A DNA stretch of 63,919 nucleotides, filler included, from Bigelowiella natans CCMP2755 (lineage: Eukaryota > Protista > Cercozoa), in NCBI GenBank assembly GCA_000320545.1. It is 5 parts of 5 records of this genome, joined end to end, with 100 filler letters (N's around TTAATTAATTAA, not from the genome) between each part and the next. Parts side by side here need not be neighbours in the genome. Positions count along the whole stretch, not along the records: positions 23,006 to 53,086 come from ADNK01002579.1; 4 more parts are not named here. One strand, given 5' to 3'. A program made the position numbers and the translations under genes. The notes under the pieces are model-generated. The model made no database searches. It was not told where the DNA came from and worked only from the letters and a program-made list of their open reading frames with translations. Below are positions 25,065 to 37,249 of the stretch, piece after piece (position 1 is the stretch's first letter; the number at the start of each line of letters is the position of its first letter).

Positions 25065-26059
25065 CTATTTGTTGGTTTTTTGAAGGCACCGCTGTTGTAC
25101 TACTGGCGCAACGAAGATAAGACTTATCTCCTATTCCTCCTTCTCCTCCCACTATCCCCCCCCCCCCCCTCTTCTTTCTCTTTCACGACGACCTCTGGGA
25201 TCGAATGCACACCAAACTCCTGAAATCCCTTGGGAAACGCACGCAGATGGTCAAGATGTTCGCCTAACAACAACAACAACAATAATAATAATAATAACAA
25301 TCGATAGTAGTCATCTTTGCGTCAGAGACCGAGTAGTTTTCCAGACTACAAGCGTGCGAGCGGCGATTCCATAGTGACGACGACGACGACGAAGAAGAAG
25401 AAGAAGAGGAAGAAGAAGAAAATTGGACAGCGCTCTATGCTAGGCGTAAGCTAATAACCCACGGCAGCAGGCCGTGTATCGCTTTACTATCATTGTGCTC
25501 ACCGGGTCGGCCCATGACGGTCTGCTCTCCTCGCACTGAAGTGATTGGTGAGAGATTATCATTCAATCATACTACTTCACAATCACGGCCTGTGGCACGC
25601 AACGACTGGCACAGAAACTGTTGGGATTGCTGCAGATTTAGTCCTTGCACCCCCCCCCCCCCCCCTCTCCCCTCTACCCTTGGCTGTCCCCAACCCTCAC
25701 AGCAGCGCAACACCTGTCAAATTCTTCCAGCGCAGCTTCGATAGTAACTCGACGTACAGGCTGACGTTGCTCTCCAGACCTTGGGATAGCAAGGGGGATC
25801 AAGAGCAGTCTGTGTGAGGGAGTCATGCTTCCATGGAAAAGCGGAAACAGCGCTCGTCGCAATGGCGCAGTCCTTTCACTGCTTGTGCCGCGCTTTTTCT
25901 GTCCCATTCGCTTTATGTTGTGCGTCTAACGGCCAGGGCGGGGCAAGGGCGTTAGCGTGCACGCGTGTGTGGCACTTCACCTTCCACGACGATGACGCCT
26001 GGCCATCCTATCTTGCTGCATCCACTGAGACCGAGCTCCACAGCCCAATTCACCTGGAT

Positions 26060-26099
<40 letters not shown>

Positions 26100-27421
26100 T
26101 ATATGTATGATGCTCTTCTTTGCCGTCGTGTGTATTCGTACGACGACAAACCGTGAGAACAACTGTGCAGAACTAATTATGTAACATCATCTCCTCCCTC
26201 CTCCATTGTCCTCTCCAGCCTCATGCTGCTCAATCCGCCATCAAGTCGCATGCAATGTACGTATAGAGCGGCCCTACCACCGCTGCACGCTTCTGAGGAT
26301 TTATGATGTGATGGCTGTAGATCAGCCTGAGAGGGGGGGGGTTCAACAGGAGAATCCAACGTCACGTTCATGATGATATGAGGCAGGGGGGGAAGGAGGC
26401 AGAGGAGGACAAAGGTATTGCGGTGTGTGAATATGAAGTAGCTGGATTGTGTGCTACGCACCACATCATAAAATATGCAAAAATCGCGTGTTCTTTTCCC
26501 TCTAACCCCCCCCCCCAATTTAATCGCTCATTCGTATGTTTTACAAATCAGGCAAGCATGCACGCGCACTTGGACACCTGCGTCCGAGCGTTACGACTAA
26601 ATCGGAAGATGAAGGAGGCGGCTCTTCGCGTTTATTTCTTTGGTCCTTCTTTTGCTGTCGAGAAGCTTGCTGCTGGTGGTTAAAATCTCCCCCTCCTCCT
26701 CCTCCTCCTGATTTCTCTAGTCGATCGCTTCTCTGTCCATGTTCCAATCTGGGGAGCGAATGCTGCTCTATGGTGTCATTCAAGGCTCGGTTGGAGTGCT
26801 GATTGTGGTTGCTGCTGCTGCTGCTGTTATTATTGTTGTGATAGTAATTGTAGAAAGCTTCTTGTCGTTGCAGCCTTTCGTAGAACTGGTTGAGCTGTGT
26901 TCCGAGCCTGAGAGTTGAATGAGTTCGCCAACGGCAGTATCTGTGCATGACACACACGTGCATCCGCGCACGTATATGCTGATTGATTCTTTCCTGCCCA
27001 TTTCTCTCTTCTCTTTCTCTCTCTGTGTGTCTGTGTGTATGTGTGTGTGTGTGTGTGTGTGTGCGTCTTTGTGTGTGTGTGCAAATGAGGGTGTAGAAAC
27101 GAAGCTTAAGATAGTGTCCCCTTCCATTCTTGCCCTTCGTATTTTCTCATCTAATAATTTTATTGCGGGAAAAGATGGGGCGCACTAACTCCCATTCCTG
27201 CACGTCGTCGTCGTCCTCGAGCATTTCTATCATAACGATATGGATGAACATTATCTGAACAATCTCTGTCCATTGTCCGTTATATGAAGTGCTATGCTAT
27301 GCGGTATACTCTCTTTATTATAACTATAATCAATATCATTTTCATTGATATTGTTGTTACAAATGTTACCATTGTAAACAGAATACACGAGCACAAATAT
27401 TTTACACACACAAACACACAC

Positions 27422-27473
<52 letters not shown>

Positions 27474-28089
27474 GTGTGTATGTGCGCTGCTGCAACAACT
27501 TCGCTCACTGCTGACTACTACAACCTACTTCTACAACAACGACAACAACTACTAATAACATTATACCACTATCGATGATGATGGTGATGGTGATGGTGAT
27601 GATGATGATGATGATGATGATGATGGTGATGATTTTGCTGTAGCTACTATTCGTTGCCGCTACCGTGACGCTCCTCCAGCATCCGCTGCGTTTCCTCATC
27701 GTCTCGAAAGTCGTCGCCAAACACAGGATCTATCCCTACATCCGGGACATATCGCATTCCTACAAATATCACCATCATTGTCAGCGTAGCAGCATGGTAT
27801 TGATTCGCAAATAGAGAGGCGACGTCTTTACGTCGGCGATGCAATCTTCGTGGAGATTTCTTAGGTTAGGCCACGGCCCAATCAAGTACCCGAAGGATCC
27901 CCGCACCGTCCTCCTCCAGCCCCTCCCCTTAGCATCGCTATCGAAGCGTAGACGCATAAACTCAGCAGCATGATGGCTCCCGTCTTCGTCGTCGTCGTCG
28001 TCCTCGTCGTCGTCGCATGTTTCTGGGGTGTGCAGGCGGCTGGGCCCGATCCGCCGACGACCGAAACGGAAGGAGTGCCCTGAGAGCAT
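24647..28089 (-). CDS. RWDD2-like / DUF1115 domain protein, multi-exon
   Basis: Exons RLIYSHHIINPQKR (~26290-26328), VNWAVELGLSGCSKIGWPGVIVVEGE (~25975-26053), VRGEQTV, LRAFPKGFQEFG and FAKLVRSVGLDELLQ match the RWDD2/DUF1115 C-terminal domain. Confidence 0.8.
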
Positions 28090-28320
28090 CCGCCTGCGAC
28101 AACACAAAAATAATTATTACTGGCATTTTCTGATTGTGCCAAGAAACATAGGCCAATTTCCTACTGCGGTAGGTCAAATACCGCGTCGTTCTTTGTTTAT
28201 GCTCTTCTATGGAAAAATCCTCCTGCGCGCATTTCGACGCCGGCGAAACTTCAGATATTTCCTGCCTCAATTGTTGGCACGGCAGCATGTCCACGTGTCC
28301 TGGCGTGACCAGCCACTCCC
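28030..28320. pseudogene. decayed C2H2 fingers on both strands of a ~300-bp divergent promoter
   Basis: Minus strand: RMLSGHSFRFGRRRIGPSRLH (28092-28030; exact C2H2 spacing, F and last H intact). Plus strand: YCGRSNTASFFVYAL (~28162) and CLNCWHGSMSTCPGVTSH (28263-28316). Confidence 0.5.
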
Positions 28321-28384
28321 CGATGATGATGAGCACCCACCTCCCTGCCCTCCACTCGTTGTTGGGTCGGGCCTGGAGATTCAG

Positions 28385-29368
28385 ATGATGCTACGAGCGG
28401 CTGCGTTTGCAGCAGCGCTCACTGGGCTCGTCCGGCTCGTGTGGAAAATCAGAGAGAGAAAAGAGCGTAGCAGCACCCGAGCGCACTTCGGCGACTTGAT
28501 GGGGGACGAGCCATCTGATCGAGTAGGAGCGACGAGTGTTAGCAGCCTACCTGGGGAGAACAATAAACGGCGGAGTGAGATGGCCAAGCTAACAGAATTT
28601 GAACGTGTCGTCCTAACAGCAAACGGAAACTTGCAGAGAATCATCAGTGCTTGCTTCAACGAGCCGGTGCGGTGTGCAGTGCGCGGTGTGCGGTGTTGTA
28701 TTGTGTAGTGCAGTGTGGCGCGATGCGATGAATCCTTTCCCTGCAACATTAATTAGTTTAATTTCTGAATTTAAGGTTACTGTGGAGATCCTGCAGAACG
28801 AGAAACAAGAGTGCGACTACAAATACTTCAGGAAGGTAGCACAGCGCCATCGTTGTAGTATTCAAACGCCACAGTGTCAAAATTGCACATTGTGTGTATA
28901 ACATGTGCTTTGCGTGCGTGTGCGCGTGTGTCTTCGCGTGTATAATGCTTAAGGTGAAACTTCGCTGCGGACAAAGGCACTTCTGTACAGGTTTGCATAC
29001 GGATAATAGTGGAAAAACGAGACAGCTAACTCATACATCATATGTAACCTTTAATTTGTTTTCCAACGGCAGCTCTTAGCATGGTGACCATAAACGACAA
29101 GAAGATGCAAAACGCTGTCGATCAACGGTGCCTTCAAAGAAAGAAAGGAAACTAGCGCACGCTCTCATCGTTGGCAGGATTCCTTCACTTTTCTCCCTGT
29201 CTGTTGTTCTACTACATCCTAGGAAAGTGGGCATCGGCCAGCTGTTCCGCGTCTTCAACATACTTCCGAAGTACACGATCGACGACTTGTACTTGATGAT
29301 GATGTGCAATAAAGAGCAATCTGGATAAGCGAATAATGAACTTATAAATCACGCGCGCGCACGCGCAC

Positions 29369-29412
<44 letters not shown>

Positions 29413-29577
29413 ACACACTCGCTCTCCCTATGTTTCAATTTGTGTAGGTTCAGACTCCTGGCTTTCAAAAAAGAAAGTAAGATATTTTTCTCTCCCTTAC
29501 GTCTAATTTCCTTACTGTCATTTAGCATTACACACACGCACACCCCACTCTCTCTCACTCCCCCCCCCCCCCCTCTC

Positions 29578-29626
<49 letters not shown>

Positions 29627-30044
29627 AACATATAATATTTTGTGCTCTTTCAGCAATACATCTTTATTCCAAATACTTTGTATATATGTTTCTTGAAGGC
29701 TCAGGAGCTGCCTTTTTCAAGGCCCAGCAGCAGAAGGAGGAGGAGAAGGAGGAAGAGACTGGAAAATGGGGGGAGGGTCATCGACATCTGCATCTCCTTC
29801 GCCAGGCTGCTGCCGCGGCTGCTGCCGGGGAAAGCGGACAGTGTGAGCAGAAAGAAGAAGTACTCCATAGGGAGATGATCGACTTCGTTTCCTCGTCGCG
29901 GGCCTTTTGGAGGCTCTACAGGCTGGAACACCGGTGCGTTTAAAGGATAACAACAGCATATACCGAGCCTGGGATAACATATGGATTGCATCTCTTACGA
30001 CAACTATTACTGCTACTATTGTTGTTGCTGCTGGTGCTATATTT

Positions 30045-30077
<33 letters not shown>

Positions 30078-30418
30078 CCTTACCCCCCCCCCCCCCCCCC
30101 CTGATAGGAAGTTCTCCTGTACTTTGCTCGAAGAATTCCCAGACCCTAGCTTCTTTGAGCAACTCTCGAATGGTGCTTGGCACTCATCCCCAGAAGGCGC
30201 TCCAGAATCATCCTCCTCGCTACTGTGCCCTTCCCCCGCCTCCTCCTCCTTATCCTTATCCTTCTCATCATCCCCCAACTCAAAGCAGCATCATAGAAGC
30301 CAGTCGGCGGTGTCCTTGGCACACTTCGGAGACATCATGGCCGGCACATGCGCGTCGATACGTCTTCCCAGTGGCTTGTCGTGCCTGGAGAGGGTATTGT
30401 ATGTGTGTTCTCTGCCTC

Positions 30419-30516
<98 letters not shown>

Positions 30517-31239
30517 AATCGTGCCGCTGACAGTGAACAACACCAACCCTCTGATTGAAGAAGATGATTAAGAAGAAGAACTAGACGTATTATAAGTAGC
30601 TAACGCCTGTGAGGCCATCGAGAGGGTGCAGCATTCCCCTGAATAGCAACCAGTTCCAATGATGGCTATTGATAAAAGAAATAGCCGACTGCTTTCGTCG
30701 AGAGAGGATAAATGGCGCGAGGATACACAAAAGCCCTGATATAGACGTAGACAAACAGCTTTCGTTTTGCATTCTGTCACTGTCTTCTTTTGGGTTATCA
30801 TCATTTTTAGATGCTGGTGACGGCGAATGGGAACCTGCAGCGGATCGTCTCCTCGCTCCTCAACCGGCCTGTGAGAGTATCTTTGAACCATATGAGCAGG
30901 AGAGGTGCCGGCAGCATCGTACAGAAATAATTAATAGGTTTGCATATCTAATCGTGAATCCAACCTAGGCCGCTGTGTATTCGATCGAAGAGTCTCTCTT
31001 TCAGTCGATAGAAAGGTCTGCCCCCCCCCCCTTCTCCCTCCCCTTTTTGTACGGCGCAGATGTGTCGGCGAAATCGCTCATGTAATCCGAATCGCAGAGA
31101 TGCAATCGCTGAATGCGAATTCTGGGTCCCTATTCAGGCATTCTGTCATGCACGGAACATCGTCGAAGTGCACAACGAGGAGTTGAGTTGCCACGCGCTA
31201 AACACGTCGAAAACAATGAGACGAGAGGCGAACTTCCTT

Positions 31240-31314
<75 letters not shown>

Positions 31315-31865
31315 GATAGAGAGAGGGGGGGGAGGGGAGGGGGGGGAAGAGTGCGTGGAATATCGGTGGAGATACATCATAGAGAAGTTCTGTATCTGTC
31401 GCGAACTGATCCTGTTTCCCCCATAAACAACTAGATTGCTGGCCAAGATTAACACAAGAGAGATCGAGGTAGTGCTTGTTGTTGCTCTTACATGGAATTT
31501 TCGAGCCAGGCTCCGCCATAAAACAAAACTATCCTCATCGCTATCGTCATAGCCGTGATCACACCCCCCCTCATCAGCACGCACTGTTGCTTGACAAAAA
31601 CACCAGGTTGGATATCTGTTCCGCTCTAGTAACGGCATTCTTCCAAGATTTCGCTTGCTGAGCGTCATCCGCGACGAGTGCGGAAATGTTCAGCGCAGGT
31701 AGGGCATGACATGACCTTCTCTAACCGCCCCGTCAGAGGGTCTAGACAGCTCGAGGGGGGGCTCACAAGACCATTGTCGTGCTACTAAGGTACACGCTGG
31801 AAGCTCCGGGGATCAAGTGTATGGTGCAGGAGCGCTTCGATCTGAAAGTGATTGTTCCATGTTGA
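28385..31865 (+). CDS. protein with two tandem chorismate-lyase-like (UbiC/DUF98-type) domains and an N-terminal hydrophobic segment
   Basis: Repeat 1: HFGDLM..LTEFERVVLTANGNLQRIISACFNEP..VGIGQLFRVFNILP..FWRLYRLEH|KFSCTLLEEF. Repeat 2: HFGDIM..LSCLER|MLVTANGNLQRIVSSLLNRP..IE|VGYLFRSSNGILPRFRLL..VQRR|YTLEAPGIKCMVQERF. The duplication is seen directly; the fold assignment is from recall. Confidence 0.7.
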
Positions 31866-32377
31866 AAGCCCACCTCCTCTCTGCGTGCTTTTCGGGTCGC
31901 CAAGCGTTCATTCTCACACAATGATGCCTCACTCGATCAGGTTTTGCCTCGGAGGCTATCTGATTGACAACTGGCGTGTATCGGTGTTCGATGGGTGCAT
32001 AAGGCATTCGAAATATTATGGAAAATCTAATGAAAATTATCGGAGTAATTTTCTCATATTATTGAAAACGAATCCTTCTTTATGATGCATAATTTAAGGA
32101 TATCACGCACAGAAGCTTACATAGTGATGCTACATTTTTGTCCATGTGAGCACGTGTGCCGTAATTTAAGCGCGTGTATTTGCAATGCGCTTAAATCCAA
32201 TGGGCGTACATTACAATAGCTACAACTCATACAACAAAAAAGGTACATAATCCATCCCGTGTAGAGAAAGTAGAGAAAAGCATTTGCTATACCTCTAGCA
32301 TCGCTATATTTGGCTGCACATCATGCTTTCATCGTTAATTAGAGTTAAAATTTATATCATAATCGCTAATAAGCTTA

Positions 32378-33223
32378 TCATTGTACTGATTCTGCTCTGC
32401 CTTCAGTTTGGCCTGCGTTTTTTTCATCCGACAAGCTCTGTTTTCTCCTTGGCAACAGCTTGATCGTATCTACCACCTTTCTCACGGTTGGGATGAGCTT
32501 CCCTGTCTTCTTGAGCCACTTGGGGACATTGTCCAGATAGCACTCGGTCTCGATATGAACGACTTCCTGCGGGAGATGTCGAGAAAAATATACGTCTTTG
32601 AGGGGGCTATACCCAACATATACGTATGGACAACGCCCGATACGATCGCGAATGAGCTTGTTAAAATTTATCCGAGTTTCGCGGGGTAGCCGGAAGCTGT
32701 TCAGCCAGTATTTGCCCCTTGCATTGACCAAGCAAGTCTGGGGCGCGTATGCTAAAACGCCATCTGCCATGTCGGCGAAGAGCAAGGCTCCGGACGCTCC
32801 CATGCAACTTCCAACTAGGAGCACTTTCTCGTAACGCTCAAATATCTTGGAGAAACGCTCTCGCCACCGTTGGTACCCATGCAAGTACCATTTTTGGTGC
32901 ACGTCTACGACAGTTAGGTAGTCGACCTCTTCAACTCTCGAGCAGGTTTTACGCCACTCTGGCAACGCAATTCCTCCCAACCTCACCCCCCCTCCCGCAA
33001 AAGCTACCAGAAGTACTTTAGAGGGCGGATCGCGCCGAACCAAGTTCCACTCCATCGATCGGAGGTCCTCCGGGATCTCCGAGCTGAAAAGCATGTGCCA
33101 CTTGGTCCGCATCGAAAGCGGGTTGCTGAGGTACAATATTCTACAGGCGATGAGTGTGAGGATGACAGACGCGGAGAGAAGGGGGAGGAGGAAGAGGAGG
33201 TTGGGCATGTCTGCCACAGTCAC
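32378..33223 (-). CDS. alpha/beta-hydrolase-fold protein with N-terminal TM/signal; intronless
   Basis: 281-aa ORF with LLVAFAGGG, a GSCMGASGAL nucleophile-elbow-like motif and AYAPQT. Confidence 0.8.
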   Translation of the reverse strand: MTVADMPNLLFLLPLLSASVILTLIACRILYLSNPLSMRTKWHMLFSSEIPEDLRSMEWNLVRRDPPSKVLLVAFAGGGVRLGGIALPEWRKTCSRVEEVDYLTVVDVHQKWYLHGYQRWRERFSKIFERYEKVLLVGSCMGASGALLFADMADGVLAYAPQTCLVNARGKYWLNSFRLPRETRINFNKLIRDRIGRCPYVYVGYSPLKDVYFSRHLPQEVVHIETECYLDNVPKWLKKTGKLIPTVRKVVDTIKLLPRRKQSLSDEKNAGQTEGRAESVQ

Positions 33224-33361
33224 GGGAAAATCCCCGAGAGGTCAGGGCAGCCAGCCGATGTGTGCTTCTTCCAACACAATCTAGATATTTTTGGTATTTC
33301 TCCCCATGAGCACGCGACAAGTAAGATCCGTTCAGGCGATGATCAGTTGAGACAAAACGGA

Positions 33362-33427
33362 ATGCATTTCTACGTTGCGACAGGCATCCATGTCTCGACG
33401 ACTAAACGACCTGAGGACTCAGGGAAA
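33362..33427 (-). pseudogene. decayed C2H2 finger upstream of the hydrolase gene
   Basis: FP*VLRSFSRRDMDACRNVEMH: TGA at the Cys position, F-x5-(L)-x2-(H>R)-x4-H. Confidence 0.45.
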
Positions 33428-34021
33428 AATCCCCCTGCGTTTGTGGGCGGGGATGTCTCGGCGTCCTAGGATGGGCCGATAGCGGATGTCTGTGGTTCTG
33501 TTCTTGCGTGTTGCATGCGCACTGTTTGTTGTTTTTGCATCAATGCTCAATTCAATGTTCAGTGTTCAATGTTCAAAGCCGGTGAGATCAGCTCGTTGCA
33601 GCTGCGTTGGTGCTCGCATCAAGTGCGTCGCCTCGATCGAATGTGCACCGGTCACCACATAGCGGCGGTGTGTTTGGATTGTTCACAGTGAGCAAGTCCC
33701 ACATGTGATGCATGATGAATGTTGTCTGTTAATCAAATTTACATCAGAAGTACTGTGGCACTGTGATGGCACAGATGAGCATGTCATGCCCAGACACACG
33801 CGCTTGCAACTAGCGAAAACAAATAGTGCTACAGCTTTTAACGCACACATGTCTAGATATGCCACTCATCATGTGGTGTCTGCAGATGTTTCAGGTCATC
33901 ACTGTGCGCAATGAGCTATGAACATGTAAATGTGTACTCAGTCTAACTTGATGTACAGTTTGTTACTATAGAATGCAGGATATAATTGCACATCTTTTGA
34001 ACTCGGCGTCTTGACAGGTTC

Positions 34022-34953
34022 CTAGCAACTGATTTTGTCTGATCTAGCACAATTGCGGGCCGCAAGTATACTCCACACCTTTTCCCTCAGGTCAAGGCCA
34101 CCAAAACGTTCGGCTAGGTGCATCTCCGCCTCAAGACCCGCAATTGTAACTGGAGACTTTCCGGTGAGTATTGGAGCGATACTCTCGATGACATCCCACT
34201 CACATCCCTCACAATCTATTTTGAGCAGCCTAATGACCGAGGAAGAACTAGTAGCGTAACGCTCCAAATCCATCTTCCCCGTTGCCACAGGAGCACTAGC
34301 AGCTTGATGATGGTAGACGAGGAATTGTTGTAGATTGACATTTTTCACTAAGATCAGGTCAGTTGCTCCCGTGTCAAGGGTGTCCTAAGATCAATACAAT
34401 GGGTGGATGGATAGTATTAGGTGTGAAAACAACTGATGTCAAGAGTGTTATGTAGGAGAGAGTGTTCTATCATTGGCCAAGGATTCCTTTAAACAGCGCG
34501 TACAGATGACCCACAGTCAATATTCTGACCTTACGAATCGCATCCTGGGATGTTTGTACTGCAGACATTGTGGAGTACTGTGCGTTGCTCGCCGTTACAG
34601 CGCGATGCATGGCAAGTACCGAGCCTCGGCCGCTTGCAGAGTTAAGGAAGAATCGCTCGACATTTGTTTCGAAATTAATCTAATAAGTTATATCGAGCAT
34701 TTTGAATGGTATCCGGGCTTGGATAGCGAAAAATATTACTCTGTTGAGGTGCAGATTCCAGAGCATGTAAAAATAGTTATCCGGAACCTTTGAGCAGAAA
34801 ACCAGTTACATCGTAGTGTTTTCTGGATGTTTTTTCAAATTTCGGGTAATTACTCTATTAATTTCAAGTTCTATTCATAGGTTTCGCTTCCCATCTTTTA
34901 CAACCTCCTGTTTTCTCTCAAACACCCTCCTCCCCCCCTCCTTCACACAAACA

Positions 34954-35013
<60 letters not shown>

Positions 35014-36360
35014 GTAATTGACAGTACCATTTCCATCGCAACGATCAATAACTTTGGGTTAAGTTTGGCCAAAAAGATGGTTATGTCCCCAACGTTTGCC
35101 CCGATGTCGTAGACGAAACCACCACCGGAACTAAAGGTAAATAGGGGCATATGCTTTAATTTATGGATATGCGCACGTTTTTGGTGGATCATAATGCAGA
35201 ATTTACTAATGAATGTATCAGTATGCACATATAAAAGATCTATTTGTGCCATTTGTATGTTCCTAGCCTCGTGCGATGCGAACTCTAGTTTGTATCACAG
35301 ACCGAAATCGCTCCGATCCATACTCCGGCGACAAGCGGAAGAGGGTGTCATCGTCGTTACTGGCCAACAACTCGAAGTTGACCCCATGCCAGTTGTACGA
35401 CAGGGGCTCAGAAGCCTTGTAGATGACCTTGCACACTTCCTTCTTCGACCCGAAAATCTCAAGCCCGACTTCGAATACCTGTTTTGGTAGAGGGGGTAGA
35501 GGTTAAAGCCCAACGGGGGAAGGAAAGCCAATCGTTATTATTGACACATGAAACAAGCACCGAAAAGCATTTCGTGCCAATCACAATTTATATTCGGACA
35601 CACTTGCATCGATAGCTCCCGGTCTGGATTGACGTGCGTTTCACAGGCCTTTTTGTAGTATCTACACCGGCAGTGAAATCGTGACGAGGAAGATAACCGT
35701 GATGACGGCGAGGATAAAACAGCAGTACAGAAGTGAAGCGATGGCGATTCAGAATAAATAATCAACTTACGTGCGGTAATATGCTCCTTGGGTGCCGTCG
35801 GGTGACACTCCGATTGGTCTTTCTCGATTGGTTGGAAAACATCTAACTTTTAGGTGGCAATTTTTCGCCCCGTCCTTTCCCCCATATGTGAACGAATTGC
35901 ATCCATGCGTTTTATCACAGGCTGCCTTGCACTCTTCAACCTCAAGTTCTCCCGAAAGTCCACCGTTTCCAGCCACTTCAGGGCCCTGGTGCCGTGCCGC
36001 GCGCTCCAACATGTTGTACCTGATTGTGAAAACTGCATCATCACATTTTCTACGTGCGCATAATAATGAGTGATCATCCGACTCGCATGATGCTGTGCAG
36101 GTTTCCTCTCTTTCAAACGGTGGGGGCCCACAGAGCGAGCGGATGCTGCGGGTAGTGTGTGTACTCGGGGAAACATCCAGAAGAATGCTAGTCCGATCGA
36201 CTGAGGTGGAGCATGACGCTGTTGCTGAAATATTCCCTACGATGATGTAGGCCCCCATCAAAAGCACTATGGCTAGGAATACGTTTATGGGTCGGAGGCC
36301 CTTAGCCAATGACTTAGAGGCAACCGGTGATCTGACAAAGGATTGGTCTCCTTCCGCCAT
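34022..36360 (-). CDS. type II membrane FkbM-family methyltransferase with a PAN/apple-like domain, multi-exon
   Basis: N-terminal TM (INVFLAIVLLMGAYIIVG), PAN-like VEECKAACDKTHGCNSFTY...NCHLK, SAM motif GGFVYDIGANVG and the FkbM motif LLKIDCEGCEW. Confidence 0.85.
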
Positions 36361-36519
36361 CGTGACCTTTTTTCGTTTCCGCTTGGTACGACTTGATGCC
36401 GCTGACTCTTGATGCCAGACTGTGCTCTTACGGGATCACGGGATTCCAAGGGATCCCTTCATTTTATTGTCGCATGTACGAAGCGCCATCGTTTTTTTTT
36501 TTGGTAGCAACTCTCGAAT

Positions 36520-37035
36520 TTCAGTTGGCAAGCAGCCGATATTTTAATAATGTTGGGGCAGCTGGCGGAAACTTGGTGTTTTCTTGTAAACGAAGTTCTT
36601 TGAGAAAAGCTGGTATTCTAGCTGTTGATGTTTGTGAACCGTTGGGCGCACTTGGCACGTGCAGCAAACTGTACTCCAATTGGCGCATTTTGGGAATGCG
36701 ACTGGAGGGTGTTGGATCAATTTGTTCACAAAGGATGCCTTTCATTGTTTGCAGTTGATCTGCTGAGTGGAGGTACGTGGGGATGTAGTGTTCATTGTTC
36801 ATTGTCTCCTTTTAGTACTAAATTGTTTGTTATTCGAGCACAACAGTGCCAAAACCGATTGAGATGTTTCGTTGACGTCCACAGGCTTTTCATGTCACAG
36901 GTAGAATGTTTCACTTGGAACGTGCCGTGAGGGCGTGTTTTGAGCTGAATGAATACGAAGGAAGATCCACAGGACTTATTAATTTTCACGTTGTCGGATT
37001 CTGTGATGTAATGGACTTTGCGACATCCCATCTAT
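36520..37035 (-). pseudogene. decayed C2H2 zinc-finger array
   Basis: INCKQ*KASFVNKLIQH (36759-36709); RAKCAQRFTNINS*NTS (36659-36609, canonical spacing); TCDMKSLWTSTKHLNR (~36900). Confidence 0.55.
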
Positions 37036-37249
37036 GATCATGAGGATGAAATTTCAGGCGATTTGAAGACAATATGCTACGCGCGTGCGAATTGTTCGGG
37101 CTGAATTCTGTCATCAGAACTTAGATAGTATTGAACAAGTGCATCAAAACTCTTAATGCCCTAGCGAGAGCCGACTGTGTCCTCCCCCCCCCCTCTGATT
37201 GCATAATAAGTGAAAAAACGGATTATTTGATAAATTAAAATTAAACTAC

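Noticed and set aside
36709-36759. TGA/TAG at Cys positions suggesting codon reassignment or selenocysteine
   Set aside because: TGA and TAG terminate bona fide genes here (Kir, PTER, AGE, TACC), and the same relics also carry frameshifts and missense losses.
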